Source: Alphaproteobacteria bacterium
GTDB lineage: Bacteria > Pseudomonadota > Alphaproteobacteria > MPNO01 > UBA830
Assembly (NCBI GenBank): GCA_038131485.1
Contig: JAYPPO010000001.1
Coordinates: forward strand, 150,053-214,052
Length of the DNA: 64,000 nucleotides
Direction: 5' to 3'
In this document: positions 9,134-18,150 of the stretch, piece after piece
Position numbering within the stretch: the first letter of the stretch is position 1
How the letters are laid out: every line of letters begins with the position of its first letter
Notes under the pieces: model-generated
Database searches by the model: none
Told to the model about the DNA's origin: nothing
Seen by the model: only the letters and a program-made list of their open reading frames with translations
Made by a program: the position numbers and the translations under genes

Positions 9134-9694
9134 ATGACCGCGATCCCCGACGCCCAGATCAGCCATGTCGGCATCTACGTCACCGATCTGGACCGGATGG
9201 TGGATTTCTACGTGCGCGTGCTCGGCTTCACCGTCACCGACCGCGGGCCGCTGCCGTCGATGAAGGGCACGCCCGGCGCGCCCGAATATGTCTTCATGAG
9301 CCGAAACCCGGAAGAGCATCACCAGCTCGTGTTCGTGCCCGGCCGGCCGGCGGACGCGCCCTCGCAGATCGTGCAGCTCTCGCTCAAGGTAAGGACGCTC
9401 GCCGATCTCCGGACGATGCACGAAATCGTCACCGCCGACGCCGAAGCTCACGACATCCAGACCCGCGCGCACGGCGTCGCCTGGAGCATGTATTTCAAGG
9501 ATCCCGAAGAGAACACCGTCGAGGCCTTCACGCCGTCGCCGTGGTACGTCAACGCGCCGTCGGCCGTGCCGTTCGATTTCGACGCGATGACCGACGAGGA
9601 GATCTTCGACCACGTCGCCGCCGCGATAAGGGACATGCCCGGCTTCTCCTCCTACGACGACTGGAGGAAACGGGCGGCGGCGGAGATGGGCTGA
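9134..9694 (+). CDS. VOC (glyoxalase/bleomycin resistance/extradiol dioxygenase) family protein
   Basis: ATG 9134 lies 4 nt after the previous stop. The N-terminus ISHVGIYVTDLDRMVDFYVRVLGFTV is the classic VOC beta-alpha-beta module. Confidence 0.8.
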   Translation: MTAIPDAQISHVGIYVTDLDRMVDFYVRVLGFTVTDRGPLPSMKGTPGAPEYVFMSRNPEEHHQLVFVPGRPADAPSQIVQLSLKVRTLADLRTMHEIVTADAEAHDIQTRAHGVAWSMYFKDPEENTVEAFTPSPWYVNAPSAVPFDFDAMTDEEIFDHVAAAIRDMPGFSSYDDWRKRAAAEMG

Positions 9695-9724
9695 AACGGC
9701 TAGTCGCCGCCCGGGAGCGATAAC

Positions 9725-10351
9725 ATGTATCAGCCGCCGCTGTTTCGCGAAGAGAGGCCGCGCGTTCTCCGCGGCCTGATCGACGCGTTTCCGTTCGCAA
9801 CCGTCGTCGTCAACGGCACCCACGGTCCGGAGGCGAACCACATCCCGCTGATCTTCCACCCGGAAGAGGACGCGCATGGCATCCTGCGCGGCCATGTCGC
9901 CAGGGCGAACCCGCTCGGCGACGCCGCAAGGGACGCGGCGACCGCGCTCGCGATCTTCCAGGGGCCGCATCACTACGTCAGCCCGTCCTGGTATCCGTCG
10001 AAGGCGGCGCATGGCAGGGTCGTGCCGACGTGGAACTATGCCGTCGTCCATGTGCGGGGCACGCTGTCGGCGGTCGACGACCCGGCGCGGCTGCTCGCGC
10101 ACCTGAAATCGCTGACCGGACGGCACGAAGGCCCGCGCACGACGTCCTGGTCGGTCGACGATGCGCCGGCGGATTTCATCGAGAAGCAGCTCAAGGGGAT
10201 CGTGGGCCTCGAGTTGCGTATCGAGGCGATCGACGGCAAGTGGAAGATGAGCCAGAACCGGGATGCGGCGGATCGCGCCGGTGTGCTCGACGGGCTGGCC
10301 GACGAAGGCACCGACGGCGCGTCGGCGGTTCGTGGGGAAATGGAGCCCTGA
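9725..10351 (+). CDS. PaiB-family FMN-binding protein (annotated in databases as a negative transcriptional regulator)
   Basis: MYQPPLFRE... and WKMSQNR motifs are typical of the PaiB family. Last gene of the 6640..10351 operon. Confidence 0.8.
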   Translation: MYQPPLFREERPRVLRGLIDAFPFATVVVNGTHGPEANHIPLIFHPEEDAHGILRGHVARANPLGDAARDAATALAIFQGPHHYVSPSWYPSKAAHGRVVPTWNYAVVHVRGTLSAVDDPARLLAHLKSLTGRHEGPRTTSWSVDDAPADFIEKQLKGIVGLELRIEAIDGKWKMSQNRDAADRAGVLDGLADEGTDGASAVRGEMEP

Positions 10352-10366
10352 GGCTCCGGTCCGCTG

Positions 10367-10945
10367 CTATTTCAAGAGCGGTTTGACGGCCTCGCGAAAT
10401 TCGCGGCGGCGGTCGGCGCTGTGCAGCCACTCGTAATCGTAGTTCAGCGGCGGCGCGTCGCCCGGTTCGACCTTCAGCGCGCCGAACACCGGGCCTTTCA
10501 TCGCCAATAGCTCCGGCAGGTCGGCGGCGAACTGGTTGAGGCCCTCGTAGCTCGCCGCATGCGCATAGCCTGCCGCCCGCGCCATGCCGGCGAAGTCGAC
10601 CTTGCCGGTCTGCGGCGTCGGATGGCCGCCGTTGGCTTCGTAGGTGCCGTTCTCGACCACGAAGTGAACGAGGTTCTGCGGCGCCGCGTTCGAAATGGTC
10701 GTGAGCGTCGACATGTTCATCATCAGGCTGCCGTCGCCGTCGAGCACGATGATCTTCTGGTCCGGCAGGCCGATAGCGAGGCCGAGCGCGTGAGACGACG
10801 CCTGGCCCATCGCCCCGACGCTGACGAAATTGAGCGGGTTCGGATCGACCCGGTGCCATTCGAAAGCCGACGTGTAGGTCGCGACCACGATTGCGCCGTC
10901 GCGCAGGTCGCGGATCTTCTCGAAACAGGCCATGCGCTGCATCAT
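10367..10945 (-). CDS. Thiamine-diphosphate enzyme, C-terminal (PP-binding) half; sulfopyruvate/phosphonopyruvate decarboxylase beta-like
   Basis: Real start MMQRMACFEK at 10945. TPP motif GDGSLMMN...N (VLDGDGSLMMNMSTL). ATGA overlap with the alpha-like gene. The rest of the track's 644-aa ORF is an Arg-rich alternate-frame artefact. Confidence 0.8.
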   Translation of the reverse strand: MMQRMACFEKIRDLRDGAIVVATYTSAFEWHRVDPNPLNFVSVGAMGQASSHALGLAIGLPDQKIIVLDGDGSLMMNMSTLTTISNAAPQNLVHFVVENGTYEANGGHPTPQTGKVDFAGMARAAGYAHAASYEGLNQFAADLPELLAMKGPVFGALKVEPGDAPPLNYDYEWLHSADRRREFREAVKPLLK

Positions 10946-11457
10946 TGCCGGACGCTCCTTCCGATCAGGGCCACCATCGGGCGCGAGGTCTCGTAGGCCT
11001 TGTCGATGGCGCCGGGCAGCGCCGCGACGTCTTCGGACCCTTCGATCAGGATGTGGTCGATCTCCATGACGTCGAGGATCGGCTCGATGACGCGCACGCC
11101 GAAGCTCGCCGATTCCGCGGGCGACTTGTCGGCTTCCTTGCCCAGAAGGCCGACGATCATGCAGATCGGCTGTTCGTAGTCGCAGCCGACGGCGCGGATG
11201 TTGTTGAGCGAATCCATCAGGCCCGTCTGCTGCATCAGGAGAACGGACCGCTTTTCGCAATAGCCGAGCGCCGCGCAGATCGAGACGCCCTCGTCCTCCT
11301 TGCTCAGGCGGATCAGCTCCAGCTCGCCATCCTGGGAGAGGGGCCAGAGCAGACCGGCGCTGGTCGTCAGGTCCGGCAGCGCGCAGACGTGCCGGACGCC
11401 GGCCTCCTTGATGGCGGCGATGATCTCCGCGCCGCGCGGACCCTCGGGGGCCGCCAT
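10942..11457 (-). CDS. Thiamine-diphosphate enzyme, N-terminal (pyrimidine-binding) half; sulfopyruvate decarboxylase alpha-like
   Basis: 171 aa, EDEGVSICAALGY...LLMQQTGL pattern of the TPP N-terminal domain. Translationally coupled to 10367..10945. Confidence 0.75.
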   Translation of the reverse strand: MAAPEGPRGAEIIAAIKEAGVRHVCALPDLTTSAGLLWPLSQDGELELIRLSKEDEGVSICAALGYCEKRSVLLMQQTGLMDSLNNIRAVGCDYEQPICMIVGLLGKEADKSPAESASFGVRVIEPILDVMEIDHILIEGSEDVAALPGAIDKAYETSRPMVALIGRSVRQ

Positions 11458-11460
11458 GCG

Positions 11461-12264
11461 TTACGCCGCGACCGACAGTTCTGTGAGGAACGCGGCGAGC
11501 GCGATATTGAAGTCTTCCTCGTTCTCGATATTCGAGATATGGCCCGCCCGCGCGATCACGTCGTGACGGCAGTTGGGGATGGTCCTGGCCGCCTCGTGCA
11601 GAACTTCCGGCGGCGCGCCCTTGTCCATCTTGCCGCCGATGATCAGCGTCGGTACATGGATCTCGTCCAACCGCGAGCCGAAGGCGAGACGCTTCAGCGC
11701 CTCGCAGCAGCCTTCGTGGCCGACCGGGTTGGTCGTCCGCAGCATGTTGCGGACCTTGTCGAGGTAAGGTGGGTTCGCGGCGACCGTTTCCGGCGTGAAC
11801 CAACGTTCGATGGTCGGCTCCACGACGCCTTCCATGCCGCCGGTCTTGCGGACGGTGTCGATGCGGTACTGGAAATAGGCCGCGTAGTCCGGCGGCGCGT
11901 CGGGGCGCGAGTCGCACGCCGTCAGCGAGGTCAGCCGGTCGCCGTGGTTCTGCGCCATGCCGTAGCCCAGCATGCCGCCGATCGACAGGCCGACCCAGTG
12001 CGTCTCGTCGATCTCGAAGTGATCGAGCAGCGCGATGGCGTCCTTCATCAGGTCGTCGAACGAATAAGGTCCGGGGGGCGCGTCGGAGCCGCCGTGGCCG
12101 CGGTGGTCGTAGCGAAGGATGTGGAACCGGTCCTTCAGCATGTCGACCTGGGCGTCCCACAGGTGAAGATTGTTGCCGAGCGCGTGGCTGAACGTGAGCC
12201 ACGGCGCGCCTTCCTTGCCTTCCACCTCGCAGTTGAGCGAAAAGCCCCCGACATCGACTTTCAT
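11461..12264 (-). CDS. Alpha/beta hydrolase (3-oxoadipate enol-lactonase PcaD-like)
   Basis: HALGNNLHLWD, RYDHRGHGGSD and the nucleophile elbow GLSIGG are present. 3 nt upstream of the TPP alpha-like gene. Confidence 0.8.
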   Translation of the reverse strand: MKVDVGGFSLNCEVEGKEGAPWLTFSHALGNNLHLWDAQVDMLKDRFHILRYDHRGHGGSDAPPGPYSFDDLMKDAIALLDHFEIDETHWVGLSIGGMLGYGMAQNHGDRLTSLTACDSRPDAPPDYAAYFQYRIDTVRKTGGMEGVVEPTIERWFTPETVAANPPYLDKVRNMLRTTNPVGHEGCCEALKRLAFGSRLDEIHVPTLIIGGKMDKGAPPEVLHEAARTIPNCRHDVIARAGHISNIENEEDFNIALAAFLTELSVAA

Positions 12265-12348
12265 GATTTCCCTCCCGGTGGTCCCGTTGATTTGTTCTCA
12301 AAACCTATCAGCGGAGCGCGAGGGCGTACAGTCGCAGTCGATGCAGGT

Positions 12349-14211
12349 CTATCCTGCAATTTCTCCGGCGAAGTCCCTGCCGCCGTTGATTTCCGCCAGA
12401 AACGGCTCGGCGAAATCGCGCAGCTTGGAGGCGCCGACGCCGTGAACGTCGGCGAAATCGTCCGTGGTCTGCGGCCGGCGCTTGGCCATATCGATCAGCG
12501 ACTTGTCGCCAAAAACGACATAGGCCGGGACGCCGCGGGCCTTGGCGATCTCGAGCCGCAGCGCGCGCAGGCGGTTCAGGAGCTCGATGTCGGAGTCCGA
12601 CAGGTCGCCCGCCTCGGCGAGATCCTTGCGGCGCCGTGCCGCGGCGGGAGACTTCTTCACGGTATCGGGCCGGTACTTGAACGCCTCCTCGCCGCGCAGC
12701 AGATCGCCGCCCTTCGGCGTGAGTTTCAGCCCGCCGTAGTCCTGGACGTCGAGCGACAGAAACCCTGCGGCGACAAGCTGTCGGACGATCGACTGCCATT
12801 CGTTCTTGTGCAGCTCGGCACCCGCCCCGAAGACGGGCAGCTTGTCGTGGCTCGCCTTTTCGATCTTCTCCGTCGGGCTGCCGCGCAGGATGTCGATGAT
12901 GTGCGCCGCGCCGTAGAGCTGGCCGGTGCGCTCGACGGCGGTCAGTACCTGGGTCGCGAGGTCGGTGCCGTCCCGCACCTCGACCGGGTCGAGGCAGACG
13001 TCGCAATTGCCGCACGGCTCGATCCGTTCGCCGAAATAGGAGAGCAGCGACCGGCGGCGGCACTCCGGCGCCTCGCAATAGGCGACCAGCGCGTCGAGGC
13101 GCTTGTGCTCGCGGCGCTTGCGGTCGGGACCCGACTCCTCGTCCTCGATGAAGACCCGGCGCATGCGGATGTCCTGCAGGCCGTAGACCATATGGGCCTC
13201 GGCGTCCGCCCCGTCGCGCCCGGCGCGCCCGATTTCCTGGTAATAGGCCTCGAGGCTGCCGGGCAGGTCGACGTGAAGAACGAAACGCACGTCCGATTTG
13301 TCGATCCCCATGCCGAACGCGATGGTGGCGACCACCACGACGCCCGGATCCGTCATGAAGGCGTTCTGGTTGGCCTCGCGCAGGCTTTTATCCATGCCCG
13401 CGTGATAGGGCAGCGCGTTGACGCCCTTCGCGCGCAGCCAGGCGGCGGCTTCCTCGGTCTTCTTCCGCGACAGGCAGTAGACGATTCCGCTCTCGCCCGC
13501 GTGGCGTTCTACGAATTCGCCCATCTGCTTCTTCCAGTCGCGCTTCATCTCGACCGACAGCTTGATATTGGGCCGGTCGAAGCCGAGCACGACCGTCTCG
13601 GCGTCGCCGCCGAACAGCTTGGCGGCGATGTCGTCGCGGGTGACCGCATCGGCAGTCGCCGTCAGTGCCGCGATGGGGACGCCCGGGAACACCTCGCGCA
13701 GCGCGCCCAGCATTTCGTACTCGGGCCGGAAGGCAGGTCCCCATTGCGAGATGCAATGCGCCTCGTCGACGGCGATCAGCCGCAGGTCGAGCTTCGCCAG
13801 CGCCGCCAGCATGCGATCCGTCATCAGCCGCTCGGGCGCCATGTAGAGGAGCCGCAGCTCGCCCGCCGCGGCGCGTCGCCAGACGGCGACGTTGTCCTCG
13901 CGCGACTTGGCGGAGTTGATGGTGTCCGCCGCGACCCCCGCGAGCTTGAGCGCCGCGACCTGGTCTTGCATCAGCGCGACCAGCGGCGAGACGACGATCG
14001 TCAGCCCGCCCAGCGCCAGCGCCGGCACCTGGAAACACATCGATTTGCCGGAGCCCGTCGGCATGACCGTCATCACGTTGCGGCCGGCCAGCAGCGCGTC
14101 GACAACCTGCTCCTGTCCCGGCCGGAACGCGTCGAAGCCGAACACGTCCTTCAGGATGCGGTGCTTGTCGTCGAAAGGGGCGGCAGGATCCGAAAGGGCG
14201 GTTGCGGTCAT
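12349..14211 (-). CDS. recQ: ATP-dependent DNA helicase RecQ
   Basis: Motifs FRPGQEQVV, TGSGKS, DEAH, Zn-binding CxxxxCxxC (CGNCDVC) and a C-terminal HRDC region; 620 aa. Confidence 0.95.
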   Translation of the reverse strand: MTATALSDPAAPFDDKHRILKDVFGFDAFRPGQEQVVDALLAGRNVMTVMPTGSGKSMCFQVPALALGGLTIVVSPLVALMQDQVAALKLAGVAADTINSAKSREDNVAVWRRAAAGELRLLYMAPERLMTDRMLAALAKLDLRLIAVDEAHCISQWGPAFRPEYEMLGALREVFPGVPIAALTATADAVTRDDIAAKLFGGDAETVVLGFDRPNIKLSVEMKRDWKKQMGEFVERHAGESGIVYCLSRKKTEEAAAWLRAKGVNALPYHAGMDKSLREANQNAFMTDPGVVVVATIAFGMGIDKSDVRFVLHVDLPGSLEAYYQEIGRAGRDGADAEAHMVYGLQDIRMRRVFIEDEESGPDRKRREHKRLDALVAYCEAPECRRRSLLSYFGERIEPCGNCDVCLDPVEVRDGTDLATQVLTAVERTGQLYGAAHIIDILRGSPTEKIEKASHDKLPVFGAGAELHKNEWQSIVRQLVAAGFLSLDVQDYGGLKLTPKGGDLLRGEEAFKYRPDTVKKSPAAARRRKDLAEAGDLSDSDIELLNRLRALRLEIAKARGVPAYVVFGDKSLIDMAKRRPQTTDDFADVHGVGASKLRDFAEPFLAEINGGRDFAGEIAG

Positions 14212-14259
14212 CGGGCGATAGTAAGGATCGCAGCCGAATCGGGCGACAGCCGGCGCGGA

Positions 14260-15645
14260 TTATTCGCGGAAATTCGCTAGCCCGGAGATATTTTCAGCGT
14301 CGAAAAGACCGTCACAGAACGTCGTCAGCGCGTCGGCGCGGCCGTCCGGCCAGCCCGCGAAGGCCAGGTTGGCGCGGAACTTGGCTTCGAGCTCGGCGCG
14401 GCTGAGCGGTTCGCGCGCGCCGCCGCGCAGGTGCGGCTGCTCGACCTCGCGGACGCTGCCGTCCCTCAGGATCGCGCGGATATGGCCCGAGTAGTTGGCG
14501 GGATATTCGTTCCCGGGGTCGATCTCGTAGCCGATCCTGGCGGTGAGCGAGAGGATTTCGGGATCGCGGATGCGCGCCTCGGTGAACTGGGCGAGGCCGG
14601 CGGCGCGGTCGATCATCCCGGCAGCGATGCAGAACGGCACGCTGAATTTCGCCGAGTAAGGCGTCGACGGCGCGCGTTTCTCGGCCAGCACCTCCCACAG
14701 CCGGTGGACCGTGCCTTCGCCGACCTTGCAGGTGACGGTCTCGACGTCGCCCGCCGTCAGCCCGTCGTTGGCGAGCCGGATGGCGCAGTCGATGAAGGGC
14801 TGGGCCATGGTGCCGCAGGCATAGGGCTTGAAGGCGATGTTGGCGGCGTGCCACGTCTCGCCGAGCCCGTCGGTCAGCTTGCCGTAGTCGCGCTCGATCG
14901 CCGGGTCCGCGAAGCCGAAGAAGAAGCCGTGCCGGCCCTCCATCACGGTGCGCGGGCCCATGAAGCCCTCGCGGCCCAGCAGTGCCGCGCGCAGGCCGCT
15001 CTGCGCCGCCCAGCCGGCGTGGATGCGCTTGGTCCAGCTTCCTTCCGCGAGATATTCGATGATGCCGCCCGCGAAGCTTGCCGCGATGCCGATGGCGTCG
15101 ACCGTCTGTTTCGGCGAGAGCCGCAGCATCGTCGAGACGGCCGCAGCCGCGCCGAGCGCGCCGATCACGGCGGTCGGGTGGAACCCCGCGCGATGGACGG
15201 CCGTCGGCGCGACCAGCGCCATCCGGCACATAAGCTCGGTGCCTGCCGCGATGCCGCGCAGCGCGTCCGCGCCAGAGCATCCGAACCGTTCGCCCGCCGC
15301 GAGGACGGTGGGCAGAATCACCGCGCCCGTGTGGACCGGCGTGCCCTCGAACGTGTCGTCGTAGTCCTCGCCGTGCGCGGCGGTGCCGTTGACCAGCGCC
15401 GCGCCAGCCGCATCGACGCCCGCCGCATGGCCGAGCGCGGTGCAGCCGCCTGGCTCGCTCCCCGCCGCCAGTGTCGCGTGGACGTAGTCCTCGCCGCGTG
15501 CCGCGATGCAGAGCCCGGTGAAGTCGAGCAGCGCGTTGCCGGCCGCGGCGCGCACGCTGTCCGGGATGTCGCCGGCTTCCAGCCCGGTCGCCCAGGCGGC
15601 GAATTCCTCGCTTTTCGAGATATCGGGAAGGGCGTCGTCGCTCAT
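14260..15645 (-). CDS. MmgE/PrpD family protein (2-methylcitrate dehydratase-like)
   Basis: 461 aa with family-typical blocks (GTAAHGEDYDDT, FHPTAVIGALGAAA). ATGA overlap with the upstream monooxygenase gene. Confidence 0.85.
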   Translation of the reverse strand: MSDDALPDISKSEEFAAWATGLEAGDIPDSVRAAAGNALLDFTGLCIAARGEDYVHATLAAGSEPGGCTALGHAAGVDAAGAALVNGTAAHGEDYDDTFEGTPVHTGAVILPTVLAAGERFGCSGADALRGIAAGTELMCRMALVAPTAVHRAGFHPTAVIGALGAAAAVSTMLRLSPKQTVDAIGIAASFAGGIIEYLAEGSWTKRIHAGWAAQSGLRAALLGREGFMGPRTVMEGRHGFFFGFADPAIERDYGKLTDGLGETWHAANIAFKPYACGTMAQPFIDCAIRLANDGLTAGDVETVTCKVGEGTVHRLWEVLAEKRAPSTPYSAKFSVPFCIAAGMIDRAAGLAQFTEARIRDPEILSLTARIGYEIDPGNEYPANYSGHIRAILRDGSVREVEQPHLRGGAREPLSRAELEAKFRANLAFAGWPDGRADALTTFCDGLFDAENISGLANFRE

Positions 15646-17237
15646 GCGGCGGATCCCATGCGCCGCGCGATTTCCGCGGCGACCGTTCCGGCGTCGCCGG
15701 GCGCGAAGGTCGCGGCGACGTATTTGTCGGGCCGGACGAGCAGGATCTTGCCCTCGTAAGGCCGGAATTTCGGCAGGGTCTCGCCAGCTCGAAGCGTTGC
15801 GGTCCGGACGCGGGGGGCGGCATTCGCGGCGACGTCGGTCGTCAGCGCGACGCGGGCGGCGTCCAGCCGCTCCCAGACCGGCTGGTCCAGTGCTTCGAGC
15901 GCCGCTTCCGCGTCCAGGCCGAGCGCGAGCAGCGCAAAGCCGGGGCCGAGCAGGTTATCGAGTTTCGTCTCGTCGCCGTCGGGCAGGGCGACGACCGGCT
16001 GCGGCAGCATGCGCCCGACCAGCGTCTTCTTCGCCGATTGTCCGTCCGGAATCAGGAACCCGTCGAGGAACCGCGGCACCGGCTTATATTTCATGTTGAG
16101 AAAGTAGTCCCGCAGCTTCGGGATCAGGCCGGTAACCTTGAAGAAGACGATCTGGCCATAGGTATGGAACCAGTTGCGCGGCACCATCACCCAGCCCGTC
16201 TGGATCGCCATGCGGATCAGCAGCCACGCGTGGTCGCGGCGCTCGGTCTCGTATGTGTCCATGAGAGACGGCGGGAACTGTCCCTTCACGACGGCAGCGG
16301 CTTTCCACGCGAAGTTGGCGGCGTCGCGCTGGCCGCTGTTGAGACCCTGACCGGCGTAGGGCGGCGTCAGGTGCGCGGCGTCGCCGAGCAGAAACACGCG
16401 GCCCTTGCGCCAGTGGTCGGCGATGCGGGCGTGGAAGGTGTAGACGACCTTGCGGACGACCTCGACCGGCCGGTCGCCGATATAAGGACGCAGCAGATCC
16501 GCGATGGTTTCTTCCTTGAGGAAATGGTCCGCGTCCTCACCCGGGTGCACGATGAATTCCCAGCGGCGTGTCCCGCCGTACCCGGGCAGCGTGATGGCGG
16601 GCCGCCGATGGTCGCAATGGGCGACCGAATCCGGCGTGTCGTCGAAATCGTTGACCGTGTCGAAGACCAGCCAGCGCTCCTCGAAGCTGGAGCCGCGCAG
16701 CTCGGTGCCGATGGTGCGGCGGATCAGGGACCGGCCGCCGTCGCAGCCGGCGAGGTACTTGCCGCGGACCGCGTGCGTCGCGCCGTCCGGCCCCTTGGCG
16801 TAGGCGGTCACGCCGTCGGCGTCTTCCTCGAAGCGTTCGACCTCGTGCTCGAACAGGGTTTCTATCCCCGGGAACCGGTCGAGCCCCTTGAGCAGGGTCG
16901 CTTCGAGCTCGGGCTGGTGAAAGGCGGAACGCCGGGGATGGCCGTATTCCCGCGTCGTCGGCTTGACCCGCGCGAACTCGCGCTGGCCGGGCGAATAGTA
17001 GCGCGCGCCGTATCCGGGCAGCGTGCGCGGGACGATCTCGTCGACCAGGCCCAGCGTCTGCATGGAACGCATGGATTCGTCGTCGATCGAGACCGCGCGC
17101 GGCTCGGCGACCGTTCCCGCGTTGCGTTCGATGACGACGGCGCGGACGCCGTAGAGCCCGAGATAATTCGCGGTGGCGAGCCCCGCCGGCCCGGCGCCGA
17201 CGATGACGACGTCGGTGTCGATTACTCCCGCTTCCAC
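15642..17237 (-). CDS. FAD-dependent aromatic hydroxylase (MhpA / 3-(3-hydroxyphenyl)propionate hydroxylase-like)
   Basis: Start set at GTG 17237 (VEAGVIDTDVVIVGAGPAGL, GxGxxG). Also DG(x)RS (CDGGRSLIR) and GDAAH motifs. The track extension to 17552 runs through the upstream dioxygenase gene. Confidence 0.8.
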   Translation of the reverse strand: MEAGVIDTDVVIVGAGPAGLATANYLGLYGVRAVVIERNAGTVAEPRAVSIDDESMRSMQTLGLVDEIVPRTLPGYGARYYSPGQREFARVKPTTREYGHPRRSAFHQPELEATLLKGLDRFPGIETLFEHEVERFEEDADGVTAYAKGPDGATHAVRGKYLAGCDGGRSLIRRTIGTELRGSSFEERWLVFDTVNDFDDTPDSVAHCDHRRPAITLPGYGGTRRWEFIVHPGEDADHFLKEETIADLLRPYIGDRPVEVVRKVVYTFHARIADHWRKGRVFLLGDAAHLTPPYAGQGLNSGQRDAANFAWKAAAVVKGQFPPSLMDTYETERRDHAWLLIRMAIQTGWVMVPRNWFHTYGQIVFFKVTGLIPKLRDYFLNMKYKPVPRFLDGFLIPDGQSAKKTLVGRMLPQPVVALPDGDETKLDNLLGPGFALLALGLDAEAALEALDQPVWERLDAARVALTTDVAANAAPRVRTATLRAGETLPKFRPYEGKILLVRPDKYVAATFAPGDAGTVAAEIARRMGSAA

Positions 17238-18064
17238 GCGTGTCCCCAGAGATTGAGGGTGCGGTCCTCCGCCTTCCAGAGGCCGGGCGTCTTGTCGAAG
17301 TCGACCGTCTCCAGTTCCGCGGAGATTTCGACCGGATTGTGGTCGGGATCGCGGACGAAGATGAACAGGTTGTTGCCCGCGCCGTGGCGCGCCGCGCCCC
17401 ATTCGATCTCGGTGCGCATAGAGGCGAAATGATCGCCCCAGTCGCGGATGTCGTTCCAGCAGGTGGATTCGTAGCACTGGTGGTCGAACCGCGAGGTCGA
17501 GGCTGAGAACAGCGCGAGGCAGTGATGCTCGTGGTCGGAGCGCAGGAAGCACGCGGCGGTGTGCCCGTCGTCTTTCTTCACGATATCCGACGGCCGGTAG
17601 CCAACCGTGCCGGTGTAGAACTCGATCAGCTTGTCGATCTGCGGCGTGCAGATGCCGAGATGCTGGAGGCGGCCCGGCATCGGGTCGGGATCGGCCGATT
17701 CCGGCCGCGCCGGCACGCCGAAGATGAAAATGTTGCCGTCCGGATCGAGCACTGCGGTCTGGTCGTCAGTGAAGACGGGCGAACGAATGTCGGACAGTGG
17801 AACGCCCTTTTTTCGCATGTCTGCGTCGAATTTCGCAGACTGATCCGTATCTGCGAGCGCATACGCGGCATATGCTATACCGCGGGTTTCAGCAGGTTGG
17901 AGAACGATATTCCGCTGACCCGCGCTCAACAATATCTTGCCGCCGTCCACGGTTTCTGAGCTCAGCTCCAGATGTTTCTCGTACCAGCCGCGCATGACCT
18001 CAGGCTGGTCTGTGCGGAGACAGAAATGGTGGAGGTGGGCGGGCCAAAGGGGCGGTCTAGTCAT
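17222..18064 (-). CDS. Two-domain type I extradiol ring-cleavage dioxygenase (catechol 2,3-dioxygenase-like, VOC fold)
   Basis: Two VOC modules (HLHHFCLRT..., LQHLGICTP...) with His/Glu ligand context (DHEHHCLALF, HNPVEISAE). The start at ATG 18064 is preferred but not certain. Confidence 0.75.
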   Translation of the reverse strand: MTRPPLWPAHLHHFCLRTDQPEVMRGWYEKHLELSSETVDGGKILLSAGQRNIVLQPAETRGIAYAAYALADTDQSAKFDADMRKKGVPLSDIRSPVFTDDQTAVLDPDGNIFIFGVPARPESADPDPMPGRLQHLGICTPQIDKLIEFYTGTVGYRPSDIVKKDDGHTAACFLRSDHEHHCLALFSASTSRFDHQCYESTCWNDIRDWGDHFASMRTEIEWGAARHGAGNNLFIFVRDPDHNPVEISAELETVDFDKTPGLWKAEDRTLNLWGHAWKRE

Positions 18065-18150
18065 GGGGAAAGCTTCCGGCATGCTATGAACGGATGTTTT
18101 CGATTGCCTACACATTTACCGCCGCAAGGACGGCTTGAACAGATGGGGCG

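Noticed and set aside
10891-14280. 1129-aa ORF on the plus strand, the longest in the window
   Set aside because: It runs antisense or out of frame to the TPP alpha-like gene, the PcaD-like hydrolase and recQ, all of which have clear family motifs. Its translation is Arg/Ala/Gly/Asp-rich low-complexity sequence typical of antisense frames in high-GC DNA.
14312-15823. 503-aa minus-strand ORF and 442-aa plus-strand ORF overlapping the PrpD-family gene
   Set aside because: These are alternate or antisense frames of a gene with strong family motifs. Their composition is Arg/Gly/Pro-rich.
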